From the NCBI RefSeq assembly GCF_000007985.2, contig NC_002939.5:2760001-2792000 (forward strand): DNA of 32,000 nt. Reading direction: 5' to 3'. The notes under the pieces are model-generated. The model did no database searches and was not told where the DNA came from. It saw only the letters and a list, made by a program, of their open reading frames with translations. Positions within the stretch are counted from its first letter, which is position 1, and each line of letters begins with the position of its first letter. Shown piece after piece: positions 1 to 8,334 of the stretch. The DNA is from Geobacter sulfurreducens PCA (lineage in GTDB: Bacteria; Desulfobacterota; Desulfuromonadia; Geobacterales; Geobacteraceae). The position numbers and the translations under genes were made by a program.

Positions 1-194
1 GCGGCACCCGTCGGCTTTGTGTCCCCACCTTGCGATGGGTTTACTCTTTTCGGAGGAAATTTGGTTTCGCCTTTCGGCTCGTGAGTGTTGTGCCTGCAAT
101 GCAATACAAAATGGTCTTCAGTGCATCCCCAGCGTTTTGTGGTCCCTCCACCTCCCCTCCAAGGCGGGATGCCGGCCTGAGTTACGACTCGCGA

Positions 195-1178
195 TCAGTC
201 GTGCGTTACCTTGAATACGCTTACTCCGCGATTGCCGAGCTGACCCACGTAAAGCTTCCCCTCGGCATCGATTGCCAGGTCGTCGGGGCCCACCAGACTG
301 CCGGGGGCGTCACCGCGACCGCCGAACTCGTAGATGAACTTGAACTGCCGGTCGAACACCAGGATCGCGCATCTGAGCTTGTCGGAGATGTAGTAGTTGC
401 CCAGGCCGTCAACCGCGATCCCCGTGGGGACTCCGAACTTGCCCGGCGCGCTGCCCCGCTTGCCGAAGGATTCAACCGTGCCGTTCGCCGAGATCCTGAA
501 CACCTTACCGGTGACCGGCGAGGTAAAGAGCACGCTGCCGTCCGAATCGAAGGCCACTGCGCCGATGCCCGTGTTGAGGCGGTCTTCCTCGGTTACGCTC
601 GATGCTTCGGCCAGATCGATATGCTTGACGTAGTTCCCTTCCGGATCGAGCATCACGACCATCATGGAACCCAGGCTCACCAGGCAGATCTTGCCGTCCC
701 TCAGCATGAGCCGGTTCGGCTTGAACGCGGCCAGTTTCTCGGGCAGCCCCTTGAACTCGATGGGCTTGATGGGTTCCGCCCGGTAGTTGCAGAGGAGCAG
801 GCTGGGCGTGCCGTTGTTGTAGGCCAGGACCAGGATCCGACCCTGCTCGTCGATGGCGGCGTCGTACACGATCCCGGACTCCATGGTGTTGGTGAACCGG
901 TAGACTTCCATGCCGCTGTTGTTGAATACCTTGACCGTCTCGCCCGAGATCACATAGGTCTCGCGTGCCGTCGCATCAAGGGCGATCTTGGCCAGGCTGT
1001 ACGGAATCGTGCCCGTGAAGTCCGAGAGGTTATACAGATACGCAACCTTGAATTCACCCGTGCTCGCATTGGTGGGTCCACCCATGAGAACGGCGGCGAG
1101 GATGGCCAGCGGTGCTACACGCCGGTTGCCGATTTGTCTCATTCGGGTTTCAATATGTTTGCACAGGTGGTTAATCAA
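195..1178 (-). CDS. Secreted NHL-repeat (beta-propeller) protein
   Basis: 327-aa ORF with a hydrophobic signal-like N-terminus (VAPLAILAAVLMGGPTNA). Recurring NHL-type blades follow (GKFGVPTGIAVDGLGNYYISD; PGSLVGPDDLAIDAEGKLYVG). The + strand ORF 30..1307 over it has no recognisable motifs and is treated as a shadow ORF. Confidence 0.8.
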   Translation of the reverse strand: MINHLCKHIETRMRQIGNRRVAPLAILAAVLMGGPTNASTGEFKVAYLYNLSDFTGTIPYSLAKIALDATARETYVISGETVKVFNNSGMEVYRFTNTMESGIVYDAAIDEQGRILVLAYNNGTPSLLLCNYRAEPIKPIEFKGLPEKLAAFKPNRLMLRDGKICLVSLGSMMVVMLDPEGNYVKHIDLAEASSVTEEDRLNTGIGAVAFDSDGSVLFTSPVTGKVFRISANGTVESFGKRGSAPGKFGVPTGIAVDGLGNYYISDKLRCAILVFDRQFKFIYEFGGRGDAPGSLVGPDDLAIDAEGKLYVGQLGNRGVSVFKVTHD

Positions 1179-1228
1179 GTTTCGCCTCTAGCGACTGCCA
1201 GCAAAATGTGTTTGTTTTCTCGTGATTT

Positions 1229-1244
1229 AGCACAGCGCATGCCT
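1229..1244 (-). promoter_or_regulatory. Candidate sigma-54 (-24/-12) promoter for the NHL-repeat gene
   Basis: The minus strand reads AGGCATGCGCTGTGCT, versus consensus TGGCACG-N4-TTGCW. The GG and GC dinucleotides are separated by exactly 10 nt. The -12 element lies about 50 nt upstream of the ATG at 1178, and a sigma-54 activator gene is adjacent (2037..3731). Confidence 0.45.
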
Positions 1245-1347
1245 AAGCATTTTTTAACAGTGGTAACAAATTTGTATCTAACGGTAATTGTTCGCTTTTT
1301 AAAATAATTAAGATTTTTTGTTGAAAGCAACCGGGCAAATCGCGGCC

Positions 1348-1383
1348 ATTTGGCGAAAACGCACTGCTATTTGGCCGTAAAAC
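1348..1383. promoter_or_regulatory. Direct repeat pair, candidate upstream activator site
   Basis: ATTTGGCGAAAAC (1348..1360) and ATTTGGCCGTAAAAC (1369..1383) start 21 bp apart. They lie about 110-150 bp upstream of the candidate sigma-54 promoter, measured along the minus strand. Confidence 0.25.
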
Positions 1384-1720
1384 CACTACCGGATCGGACC
1401 ATGTGGCACAACCACCTGTCCTGACTGGCTTTCTGCCGAGCCGCCCGGGTGGCCGAAGGTATCGGTGAAGTCACCGGAAGGGGTGCGTCAGGCACGAAAC
1501 CGGCGCGTGACACTTACGCATGGAGCGAGAGAACGCGGGAGCGGCCCGCCGGGCTGGATCGAGGGCCGCTGCGGGCGCGGGGACGGCGGAACAAGGGGGA
1601 CGGCCGGTGCATCGGGATGCCCGCCACGCCTTGGCAAGAGGATCGACGGGAGCCGCGCGCGGGGCTACCCTCGCCTTTCTGCGGCGCAAATCGGCCGGCC
1701 TGCGCCGACAGCCTTCCCGT

Positions 1721-1797
1721 GGGGGGAACAACGGGGTTCCCGGGGGGGTACACCCGGTGTGGTGGTGGGGGGAATATGATGGGGGGTTCGTTAGGGG
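1721..1797 (+). repeat. Cluster of six G-tracts (G4 to G7), G-quadruplex-capable
   Basis: G runs at 1721-1726, 1733-1736, 1742-1748, 1767-1772, 1781-1786 and 1794-1797. They sit inside a GC-rich non-coding core of the 1179..2036 gap. Confidence 0.5.
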
Positions 1798-1971
1798 ATG
1801 TTACACTTTTCAGGGTCTTGCCGGGGGCGTTGCAACGGTGAACTATGCGGGGTGTCAAACTTACATATCAGAATTTGAATGTATAAATCTCGGCATGTTA
1901 GTGTCTTCCTGTCCGCAAATTAAATTCCGTTTATCGCTATTTCACTTATCGTTTCCGACCGGCCGTTCATT

Positions 1972-2027
1972 GAAAAAGTGTATCATGTAACACAGATGTT
2001 AAGGAACAAATGTGTTACATGATACAC
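1972..2027 (-). terminator. Intrinsic terminator after the response-regulator gene
   Basis: Perfect 17-bp inverted repeat GTGTATCATGTAACACA (1978..1994) / TGTGTTACATGATACAC (2011..2027) with a 16-nt loop. On the minus strand a TTTTT run (1973..1977) follows the hairpin. The structure starts 10 nt after the stop codon at 2037. Confidence 0.55.
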
Positions 2028-2036
2028 CCTAATCGG

Positions 2037-3731
2037 CTACTCGTCGTGAACAATCTTTAATTCATTGAGTTTTCGGTACAAGGTGATACGGCTGATGCCG
2101 AGCAGGCGCGCCGCCTTGGCCTTGTTGCCGCCGGATTTTTCCAGGGCTTTCCGGATCGCCTGCAGGGTGGTCTCCCGCTCGGTGGCCGGTTCGTTGCCGT
2201 GGATCTCATGGTGTTCCATGAAATCCGAGGGAAGGTGTTCCAGGGTGATCAGGCCGGAAGTGCAGACGATGCACGAGTGTTCGAGCACGTGTTCCAGTTC
2301 GCGGACATTGCCCGGCCAGGGATAGGACATGAACACCTTCATGACCTCGTCGGAAACCGCGCTGACGTCCTTTTTGAACTTGCCGCGGAATTTGGCCAGG
2401 AAGTGTTCCACGAGCATGGGGATATCCTCGCGCCGTTCCCGCAGCGGCGGGATGTGGATCCGGACGACCTTCAGGCGGTAGAAGAGGTCTTCCCGGAACT
2501 GGCCGATCCGCACCTTTTCCGCCAGGTCGACGTTGGTGGCGGCAATGACCCGTACATCCACCTTGATGGGGGTGGAGTCGCCCACCCGCTCGAATTCCCT
2601 CTCCTGCAGGACCCGCAGCAGCCGCACCTGCATCCCCGGCGAGATGTCGCCGATCTCGTCCAGGAAGATCGTGCCGCCGTCCGCTTTCTGGAAACGGCCC
2701 ATCTTGTCCTTGATGGCGCCGGTGAAGGCCCCTTTCACGTGGCCGAACAGCTCGCTCTCCAGCAGCGGTTCCGCCAGGGCGGAACAGTTGACCTTGACGA
2801 AGGGCTTGGTGCTCCGCCCCCCCTTGTAGTGCAGGGCCGCCGCCACGAGCTCCTTGCCGGTGCCGCTCTCGCCGGTCACCAGCACGGTAGTGGGGACATC
2901 GGCCAGGGACTCGACAAAGGCGTAAATCTCCTTCATGCGGGGGCTGCTTCCCACCAGGTTGTGGAACGTCTCCCGCCCCTCGAAACTCTTTTCCAGATCA
3001 TCCAGGCGCGTTTCGTCGCGCACCACCATGACGGCCCCGGAGAAGGTGCCGGTCCGGTCCACCAGGGGGGAGGTCTTGAGGCTCACCACGCGCTTTTCGC
3101 TCCCCCCGACCACGCATTCGGTCCGCTGGGTCTCCACCGGCCGCTTGGTCTTGAGGGTTTCCGTGAGCGCGTGGAGGAACGCGCCGTTCCCCTCTCCCGG
3201 CACGTAGCGCCTGCCGATGGATTCGGCGGCGAGGCTGAAGAAGTATTTCCCGGACTCGTTGTAGGCCACCACGTTCATGTCCAGATCCACGGTGAGGATG
3301 GCATCGTCCACGCTCTGGAAGATGGCCTCCAGGTTGGTCCGGTATTTCTCCCGCTCCTCCATGAGGTCCTTGTGTTCGAGGGCCATGCGAGCCACCCGCA
3401 GCAGGGCGTCGCGCTTGACCGGCTTGGGGAGATAGTCGAAGGCCCCGAGCCGGACGGCGTCGGACGCCGTCTCCACGTTGGGATAGCCGGTGATCATCAC
3501 TACGGGGATGGAGGGCTGGCGCTCCTTGACTTCGCGCAGGACATCGATGCCGTTATCGTTGCCCAGGATGATGTCGGTGAAAACAAGGTCATAGTCGGCG
3601 GATTCGACCTTGCCGATCGCCTCCGCGAAATCGGCCGCCGTATCGACGGCATAGCCCTCGGCCGCGAGGAAGTGCTCGAACGTGAACCGCAGCGTGTCCT
3701 CATCCTCTACTATCAGAACCCTTCTGGCCAT
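2037..3731 (-). CDS. Sigma-54-dependent response regulator (REC-PAS-AAA+-Fis HTH), NtrC family
   Basis: 564 aa. Receiver domain (RVLIVEDE, DLVFTDIIL), central PAS-like segment, Walker A GESGTGKE, sigma-54 contact loop GAFTGA, Walker B FLDEIG, and C-terminal HTH (AARLLGISRITLYRKL). Confidence 0.95.
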   Translation of the reverse strand: MARRVLIVEDEDTLRFTFEHFLAAEGYAVDTAADFAEAIGKVESADYDLVFTDIILGNDNGIDVLREVKERQPSIPVVMITGYPNVETASDAVRLGAFDYLPKPVKRDALLRVARMALEHKDLMEEREKYRTNLEAIFQSVDDAILTVDLDMNVVAYNESGKYFFSLAAESIGRRYVPGEGNGAFLHALTETLKTKRPVETQRTECVVGGSEKRVVSLKTSPLVDRTGTFSGAVMVVRDETRLDDLEKSFEGRETFHNLVGSSPRMKEIYAFVESLADVPTTVLVTGESGTGKELVAAALHYKGGRSTKPFVKVNCSALAEPLLESELFGHVKGAFTGAIKDKMGRFQKADGGTIFLDEIGDISPGMQVRLLRVLQEREFERVGDSTPIKVDVRVIAATNVDLAEKVRIGQFREDLFYRLKVVRIHIPPLRERREDIPMLVEHFLAKFRGKFKKDVSAVSDEVMKVFMSYPWPGNVRELEHVLEHSCIVCTSGLITLEHLPSDFMEHHEIHGNEPATERETTLQAIRKALEKSGGNKAKAARLLGISRITLYRKLNELKIVHDE

Positions 3732-5565
3732 ACTCGTCCTCCCAGGTCATTACGGGCAAATCAATCATTACACGGGTGAACTCTCCCTCGACGCTTTCAA
3801 CCTTCAGTCGCCCTCCATGGTCCGAGATCAGGCCGTGACTGATGCTCAGCCCCAGGCCCGTGCCTTCAGCGGCAGGCTTGGTCGTGAAGAAGGGGTCGAT
3901 GACCCTCCCGATCACATCGCGCGGGATGCCGGTGCCGTTGTCCCTGAACTCGATCCGGACAAAGACGCCGTCATCTCCGATAATCTTTTCTCCCTTGATA
4001 TCCAGGCGCTTGCCCCCTCCCGCGCCGGCGGAGAACTTCTTGTCCAGGGCGTAGCGCGCGTTGCTGATGAGGTTGAGGAACACCTGCTCGATCTGGTGCG
4101 GGTGCACCAGCAGCGCCGGCAGGTCCGACGGCAGATCCACGTGGAGCTGGACCCCGTCACGCTTCAGCTGGACCCTGGTCAGTTCGAGGGTGTCGTTGAG
4201 GATGTCGGGCACATAGGCGGGGACCCGCTCCCTCCCCTCGTAGCGGGCAAAGGAGAGCAGGCTCCGGACGATGACCGCCACCCGCTCCCCCTCCTTGATG
4301 ATCCTGCTCGCAACCCCCCGTTCCGGCTCGCTGAGGCACGGCTCCGCCGCCAGGATCTGGGCACAGTTGATGATGCCGTTGATGGGGTTGTTGATCTCGT
4401 GGGCCACGCCGGCCGCGACTTCGCCCAGGGACGCCAGGTGCCAGGTCTGCATGGCGTCCTTCTGGATCGTCTCCTTTTCGATCTCCTTGAGCCGCAGCCG
4501 CTCCAGCAGGCCGTTGATCGCCTCGGCGGTTTCGCGGATTTCGTCGTTGGAGTCGATCCGGACCATGGGCAGGTCGCCGTTTGACGCCCCCAGCTGCCTG
4601 ATCTGGCGGGTGAGGGAGAGCAGCGGCGAGATGAGATGGCTCATGGTCATCCACATGAGCAGGGCGGCAAAGACGCCGCCGCAGCCCATGATCCACCAGG
4701 AGAGCCGGACCAGGCGCTGCACGGGCGCGTAGGCCTCTTCCACCGGATATGAAGCGGCCAGGATCCAGTCGATGCTGCCCAGCTTCTTCATGGTTGAGAG
4801 GGTCCGGCTGCCGTCCCGCTGTCCGAGCTCGCCCTGGACATTGGCGCCGCGTCTCGCCTGGGCGATGCGCGCCGTCATACCCTCGGCCTGCTTGTCCGCG
4901 GGGCTGAAAATCCGCTCACGCACCGGATGCATGATAACCACCCCTTCGTGGTCGTAGAGGCTGAAGTATCCCAGCGAGCCGATCCGGGCGGTGGAGAGAT
5001 CGCCCAGGAGGTTATCCTTATAGAGATCGGTGCTGCCGGCCAGGATGGCGATCAGCTTGCCCCCGGAGCCGAACACCGGCGCGGTGAACATTACAACGGG
5101 ATGGTGCAGGGTCCGGGGGACATAGGGAGCGGAAATGACCGGCTTGCCGGTGGCGAGGGTATCCTTGACGTATTCCCTGAACGAATAGTCACGGCCGACG
5201 CGGCTCGGCTTCCAGGCGGTCTCGGCGATCAACTGGCCCCCGGGGTTCAGCAGGAAGGTGCCGCTGTCGAAATACATGCTGAGGAACGAGCGTTCGTAGA
5301 GGAAACGCTCCGCTGCCCGCGGGTCGCGGACGACCTGTTCGGGGATGCTCAGGGCCACGGATACAAGCATCCTCTGGGCGGAGGATATCTTGAAATCCAG
5401 CTCCGACGCGGTCCGGCTCACCAGAATGACCTGCTGGTTCTGGATCGACTCCTGTAACCGGTCCTTGAAGTAACCGATGACGAAATAGGAGGTGGCCGGT
5501 GCAACGCCGAAAAAGACCAGCAGCACAATCGTGACGATTTTTGCTTTCAGGCTGATTTTGCGCAT
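3700..5565 (-). CDS. Sensor histidine kinase (Cache-like periplasmic domain, HAMP, HisKA, HATPase_c)
   Basis: H-box HEINNPINGI, N-box NLISNARYAL, G-boxes DNGTGIP and GTGLGLS. A TM segment, Cache-like region and second TM precede a HAMP domain. I place the start at the ATG at 5565 (MRKISLKAKIVTIVLLVFF) rather than the TTG at 5616. The 3' end overlaps the regulator start by 32 nt. Confidence 0.9.
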   Translation of the reverse strand: MRKISLKAKIVTIVLLVFFGVAPATSYFVIGYFKDRLQESIQNQQVILVSRTASELDFKISSAQRMLVSVALSIPEQVVRDPRAAERFLYERSFLSMYFDSGTFLLNPGGQLIAETAWKPSRVGRDYSFREYVKDTLATGKPVISAPYVPRTLHHPVVMFTAPVFGSGGKLIAILAGSTDLYKDNLLGDLSTARIGSLGYFSLYDHEGVVIMHPVRERIFSPADKQAEGMTARIAQARRGANVQGELGQRDGSRTLSTMKKLGSIDWILAASYPVEEAYAPVQRLVRLSWWIMGCGGVFAALLMWMTMSHLISPLLSLTRQIRQLGASNGDLPMVRIDSNDEIRETAEAINGLLERLRLKEIEKETIQKDAMQTWHLASLGEVAAGVAHEINNPINGIINCAQILAAEPCLSEPERGVASRIIKEGERVAVIVRSLLSFARYEGRERVPAYVPDILNDTLELTRVQLKRDGVQLHVDLPSDLPALLVHPHQIEQVFLNLISNARYALDKKFSAGAGGGKRLDIKGEKIIGDDGVFVRIEFRDNGTGIPRDVIGRVIDPFFTTKPAAEGTGLGLSISHGLISDHGGRLKVESVEGEFTRVMIDLPVMTWEDEYGQKGSDSRG

Positions 5566-5705
5566 GGACAAAGCGGGACTCGAAACAACATTACATTTTA
5601 AATACAATATATGCAATTTATAACAATACAGTTATGTGTGTCACACCCCAAATGATGATAATCAGCTAACAACCAGTTGCGCCGTGCAGAGCCCCGTGAT
5701 TAACA

Positions 5706-5721
5706 AACAATATCCATGCCA
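5706..5721 (-). promoter_or_regulatory. Weak sigma-54-like site upstream of the kinase/regulator operon
   Basis: The minus strand reads TGGCATGGATATTGTT. The -24 element and spacing are good, but the -12 dinucleotide is GT rather than the canonical GC. Confidence 0.2.
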
Positions 5722-5781
5722 GCCGGCGACAAATTAACTGAAACAAATTCTACAAACCTCCTTTCCGGGCCGTCACCGAAA

Positions 5782-5797
5782 TGGCACTCAACTTGAA
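5782..5797 (+). promoter_or_regulatory. Weak sigma-54-like site upstream of the TMTC-like gene
   Basis: TGGCACTCAACTTGAA has a perfect TGGCAC -24 element and correct spacing, but the -12 dinucleotide is GA rather than GC. It lies 47 nt upstream of the ATG at 5844. Confidence 0.25.
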
Positions 5798-5843
5798 AGC
5801 CGTGAACAACTGCCCAGCTCAGCACACACGAGGTCACACCACC

Positions 5844-7460
5844 ATGGACACTTCCCGCTCCCCTGCCGCGGGCACCCACCCCCTGCTTCCGCCCCTCATC
5901 CTGGCGGCGGTCGCCCTGGGGGTCTATCTCGTTACCCTGGCCAACGGTTTTGTCTGGGACGACGGCTACATCATCGTGGAAAACCCGGCCACCCGCAGTT
6001 TCACCAGCCTGCGCGACATCCTCCTGTCGCCCGATATCGTGAAACCCTACTACCGGCCCCTCAACCGGGCATCCTACCTGCTGGACTTCCGGCTGTTCGG
6101 CATGAATCCGGCGGGATTCCACGCGGTTAACATGGTGCTCCACGCGCTGAACGTCCTGCTCGTCTACCAGCTGGGGAGGCGCCTGTTCAGTGCCGGACCG
6201 GCCGCGCTGACGGCCGCGCTGCTCTTCGCGGTGCACCCGATCAACGTGGAGACGGTTGCTTTCATCTCGGCGCGCAACAACCTCATCGCCCTCTTTTTTG
6301 CCCTGTCCTGCTTCCTGGCGTTTTTGCGGGGACGGGACACCGGCGGCTGGCCGTGGCACCCGGCCGGCGCGCTGCTGCTGTTCCTGGGACTCATGAGCAA
6401 GGAAACGGCCCTCATGGTGATCGTCCCCGTCTTCCTCTACGCGATCCGGCCATTTCACGGTACCGGCGACAGGGAAAGCGACCTTTTCCGGCCGTGGCTG
6501 TCGCTGCTCCCCTATATTGCCGCCATTGCCATCTACCTTCTGATGCGGTCTGCGGCCCTGGAAGGGGTACTCGGCACCGGCATGGCCGCGGCGGAGCTTC
6601 CCCAGCGCCTGGTCCGCAATCTCTATGTCATTCCGCGCTACCTGGCCCTGTTCCTTTTCCCGGCCGGGCTCACCATCTTTCATGAGGTGCCGCCGGGCTG
6701 GGCGTCGGCCCCCTGGCTCGTGCCGGCATGGCTCGTCATCGCGGCCGGCCTGTGGCTGCTCCTGCGCCGGGGCGGCCCGGCCGCCCGCTTCGGCCTGCTC
6801 TGGCTGGGGGTCAACTTCCTGCCGGTCGCCAACATCGTGCCCATCCCCAGCTACCCCATGGCCGAACGGTTCATGTATCTGCCCGCCGCCGGGTTCTGCC
6901 TGGTTGCGGGGGCCGTGCTGGGGGGGCCGCTGTTCGACCGGTGGGGGGCGCGGGTGGGCTGGGGGGTGGTGGGGAGCATCACGCTGCTCCTGGCCCTGGT
7001 GGCCGTTGAGCGGAACCGCGACTGGCGCGACGACGTCAGCCTGTTCGCCAGCGTGGTCGAGACCGACCCCCGCTCCGCCGAGGGGTATTTCAATCTGGGC
7101 TCGGCCCTGATCGAGCGGGGGGACACGGCGGGCGCCCGCGCGGCATGGGAGCGCGCCGTCGGGATCGACCCGCGCCACTCCGGGGCCCTGGCCCAGTTGG
7201 GGACCCTGGCGGCGCGGCAGGGGGACCTGGCCGGCGCCAAGGCCCGCTATCTGGCGGCGGTCGAGGCCAATCCCGCCAATGTCATGGCCCGCTACAACCT
7301 GGGCCGCATCTATGAAATGCAGGGAGAGCCGGCCCGGGCCGCGGAGCAGTACGAGCTCTTCCTGCGTTACGTGCCGGTGGAGTACGGCGAGTACGTGCCC
7401 GAGGTGCAGGCGCGGCTCGCGAAGCTCCGCGGCACGGCGGGGGCTGCCCCTGCGCCCTGA
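5844..7460 (+). CDS. Polytopic membrane protein with C-terminal TPR repeats, TMTC/PMT-like GT-C glycosyltransferase candidate
   Basis: Multiple hydrophobic helices are followed by TPR-like repeats ([44 protein letters not shown]). An N-terminal YYRPL motif and DGY segment are typical of this family. The start could instead be the ATG at 5781; 5844 has a GAGG upstream. Confidence 0.75.
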   Translation: MDTSRSPAAGTHPLLPPLILAAVALGVYLVTLANGFVWDDGYIIVENPATRSFTSLRDILLSPDIVKPYYRPLNRASYLLDFRLFGMNPAGFHAVNMVLHALNVLLVYQLGRRLFSAGPAALTAALLFAVHPINVETVAFISARNNLIALFFALSCFLAFLRGRDTGGWPWHPAGALLLFLGLMSKETALMVIVPVFLYAIRPFHGTGDRESDLFRPWLSLLPYIAAIAIYLLMRSAALEGVLGTGMAAAELPQRLVRNLYVIPRYLALFLFPAGLTIFHEVPPGWASAPWLVPAWLVIAAGLWLLLRRGGPAARFGLLWLGVNFLPVANIVPIPSYPMAERFMYLPAAGFCLVAGAVLGGPLFDRWGARVGWGVVGSITLLLALVAVERNRDWRDDVSLFASVVETDPRSAEGYFNLGSALIERGDTAGARAAWERAVGIDPRHSGALAQLGTLAARQGDLAGAKARYLAAVEANPANVMARYNLGRIYEMQGEPARAAEQYELFLRYVPVEYGEYVPEVQARLAKLRGTAGAAPAP

Positions 7461-7569
7461 CCGGAACACCGCATTCCCCGACACCCCAACCTTCCGTCTC
7501 CGGCCGCTGCCGGCGCGGAAGCGGCACGACCGGCCATTTCGCCGCCGGCGGCCCCGACCCGGTGCCTAC

Positions 7570-8334
7570 ATGCTCAATTCACGCAGGATAGTTGTCGTGC
7601 TTCCGGCCTACAACGCCGAGAAGACGCTGGAAATGACCTACGCCGAGATTCCCTTCGAGCACGTTGACCACGTGCTGCTGGTGGACGACGCCAGCCGCGA
7701 CCGGACCGCCCAGGTGGCCGAGCGGCTCGGGATCAAAACCATCGTTCACGACCGGAACAAGGGTTACGGCGCCAACCAGAAGACCTGTTACCGGGCCGCC
7801 CTGGACCTGGGCGCGGACATCGTGATCATGGTCCACCCGGATTACCAGTACACCCCGAAGCTGATCACCGCCATGGCCGCCATGATCGCCTACGGCGAAT
7901 TCGACGCGGTCCTGGGCTCGCGGATCCTGGGCATCGGCGCCCTGAAGGGGGGCATGCCGCTCTACAAGTACGTGGCCAACCGGGTGCTGACCCTGGTGGA
8001 GAACCTGCTGCTGAGCCACAAGCTGTCCGAGTACCATACCGGCTACCGGGCCTTTTCCCGCCAGGTGCTGGAGCAGCTCCCCCTGGACGCCAACGGCGAC
8101 GACTTCGTCTTCGACAACCAGATGCTGGCCCAGATCATCTGGCACGGCTACCGGATCGGCGAGCTGAGCTGCCCGACCAAGTACTTCGAGGATGCCTCGT
8201 CCATCAATTTCCGGCGGAGCGTCATCTACGGCCTCGGGGTCCTGGGCACGGCCCTGGAGTTCAGGCTGGCGCGGATGGGCCTGATCAGGTCCGGGCGATT
8301 CACCCCCCGCAACGATCAGGCGGCGGCGCAATGA
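7570..8334 (+). CDS. Family-2 glycosyltransferase (polyprenyl-phosphate sugar synthase-like)
   Basis: A start at the internal ATG at 7570 gives [16 protein letters not shown], then DDASRDRT and HPDYQYTP, which are GT2 signatures. The track ORF from 7279 adds an Arg/Pro-rich N-terminus that looks non-coding. Confidence 0.9.
   Translation: MLNSRRIVVVLPAYNAEKTLEMTYAEIPFEHVDHVLLVDDASRDRTAQVAERLGIKTIVHDRNKGYGANQKTCYRAALDLGADIVIMVHPDYQYTPKLITAMAAMIAYGEFDAVLGSRILGIGALKGGMPLYKYVANRVLTLVENLLLSHKLSEYHTGYRAFSRQVLEQLPLDANGDDFVFDNQMLAQIIWHGYRIGELSCPTKYFEDASSINFRRSVIYGLGVLGTALEFRLARMGLIRSGRFTPRNDQAAAQ

Noticed and set aside
30-1307. Long + strand ORF (425 aa) covering the NHL-repeat gene. Similar long antisense ORFs occur at 2199..3779, 5700..7484, 7579..8331, 8316..9239, 9480..11945, 16238..17293, 20795..21556, 21818..22978, 24633..25643 and 28078..30195.
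   Set aside because: Each lies opposite a gene with clear family motifs. Their translations are Arg/Gly/Pro/His-rich with no recognisable domains, which is the classic shadow-ORF pattern of high-GC DNA.
1403-1420. TGGCACAACCACCTGT, a perfect sigma-54 -24 element on the + strand.
   Set aside because: There is no TTGC-like -12 element at the required spacing, and no + strand gene lies downstream.
1449-1990. Five mutually overlapping ORFs (86-156 aa) on both strands in the GC-rich intergenic core.
   Set aside because: They have no RBS, no motifs and low-complexity R/G/P composition, and they are mutually exclusive. They are treated as non-coding; the region itself is reported as an oddity.
5781-5843. 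Upstream ATG at 5781 as the start of the TMTC-like gene.
   Set aside because: It has no Shine-Dalgarno, the extra 21 residues are non-hydrophobic, and this ATG lies inside the sigma-54-like -24 element. The ATG at 5844 is preferred, though 5781 is not excluded.
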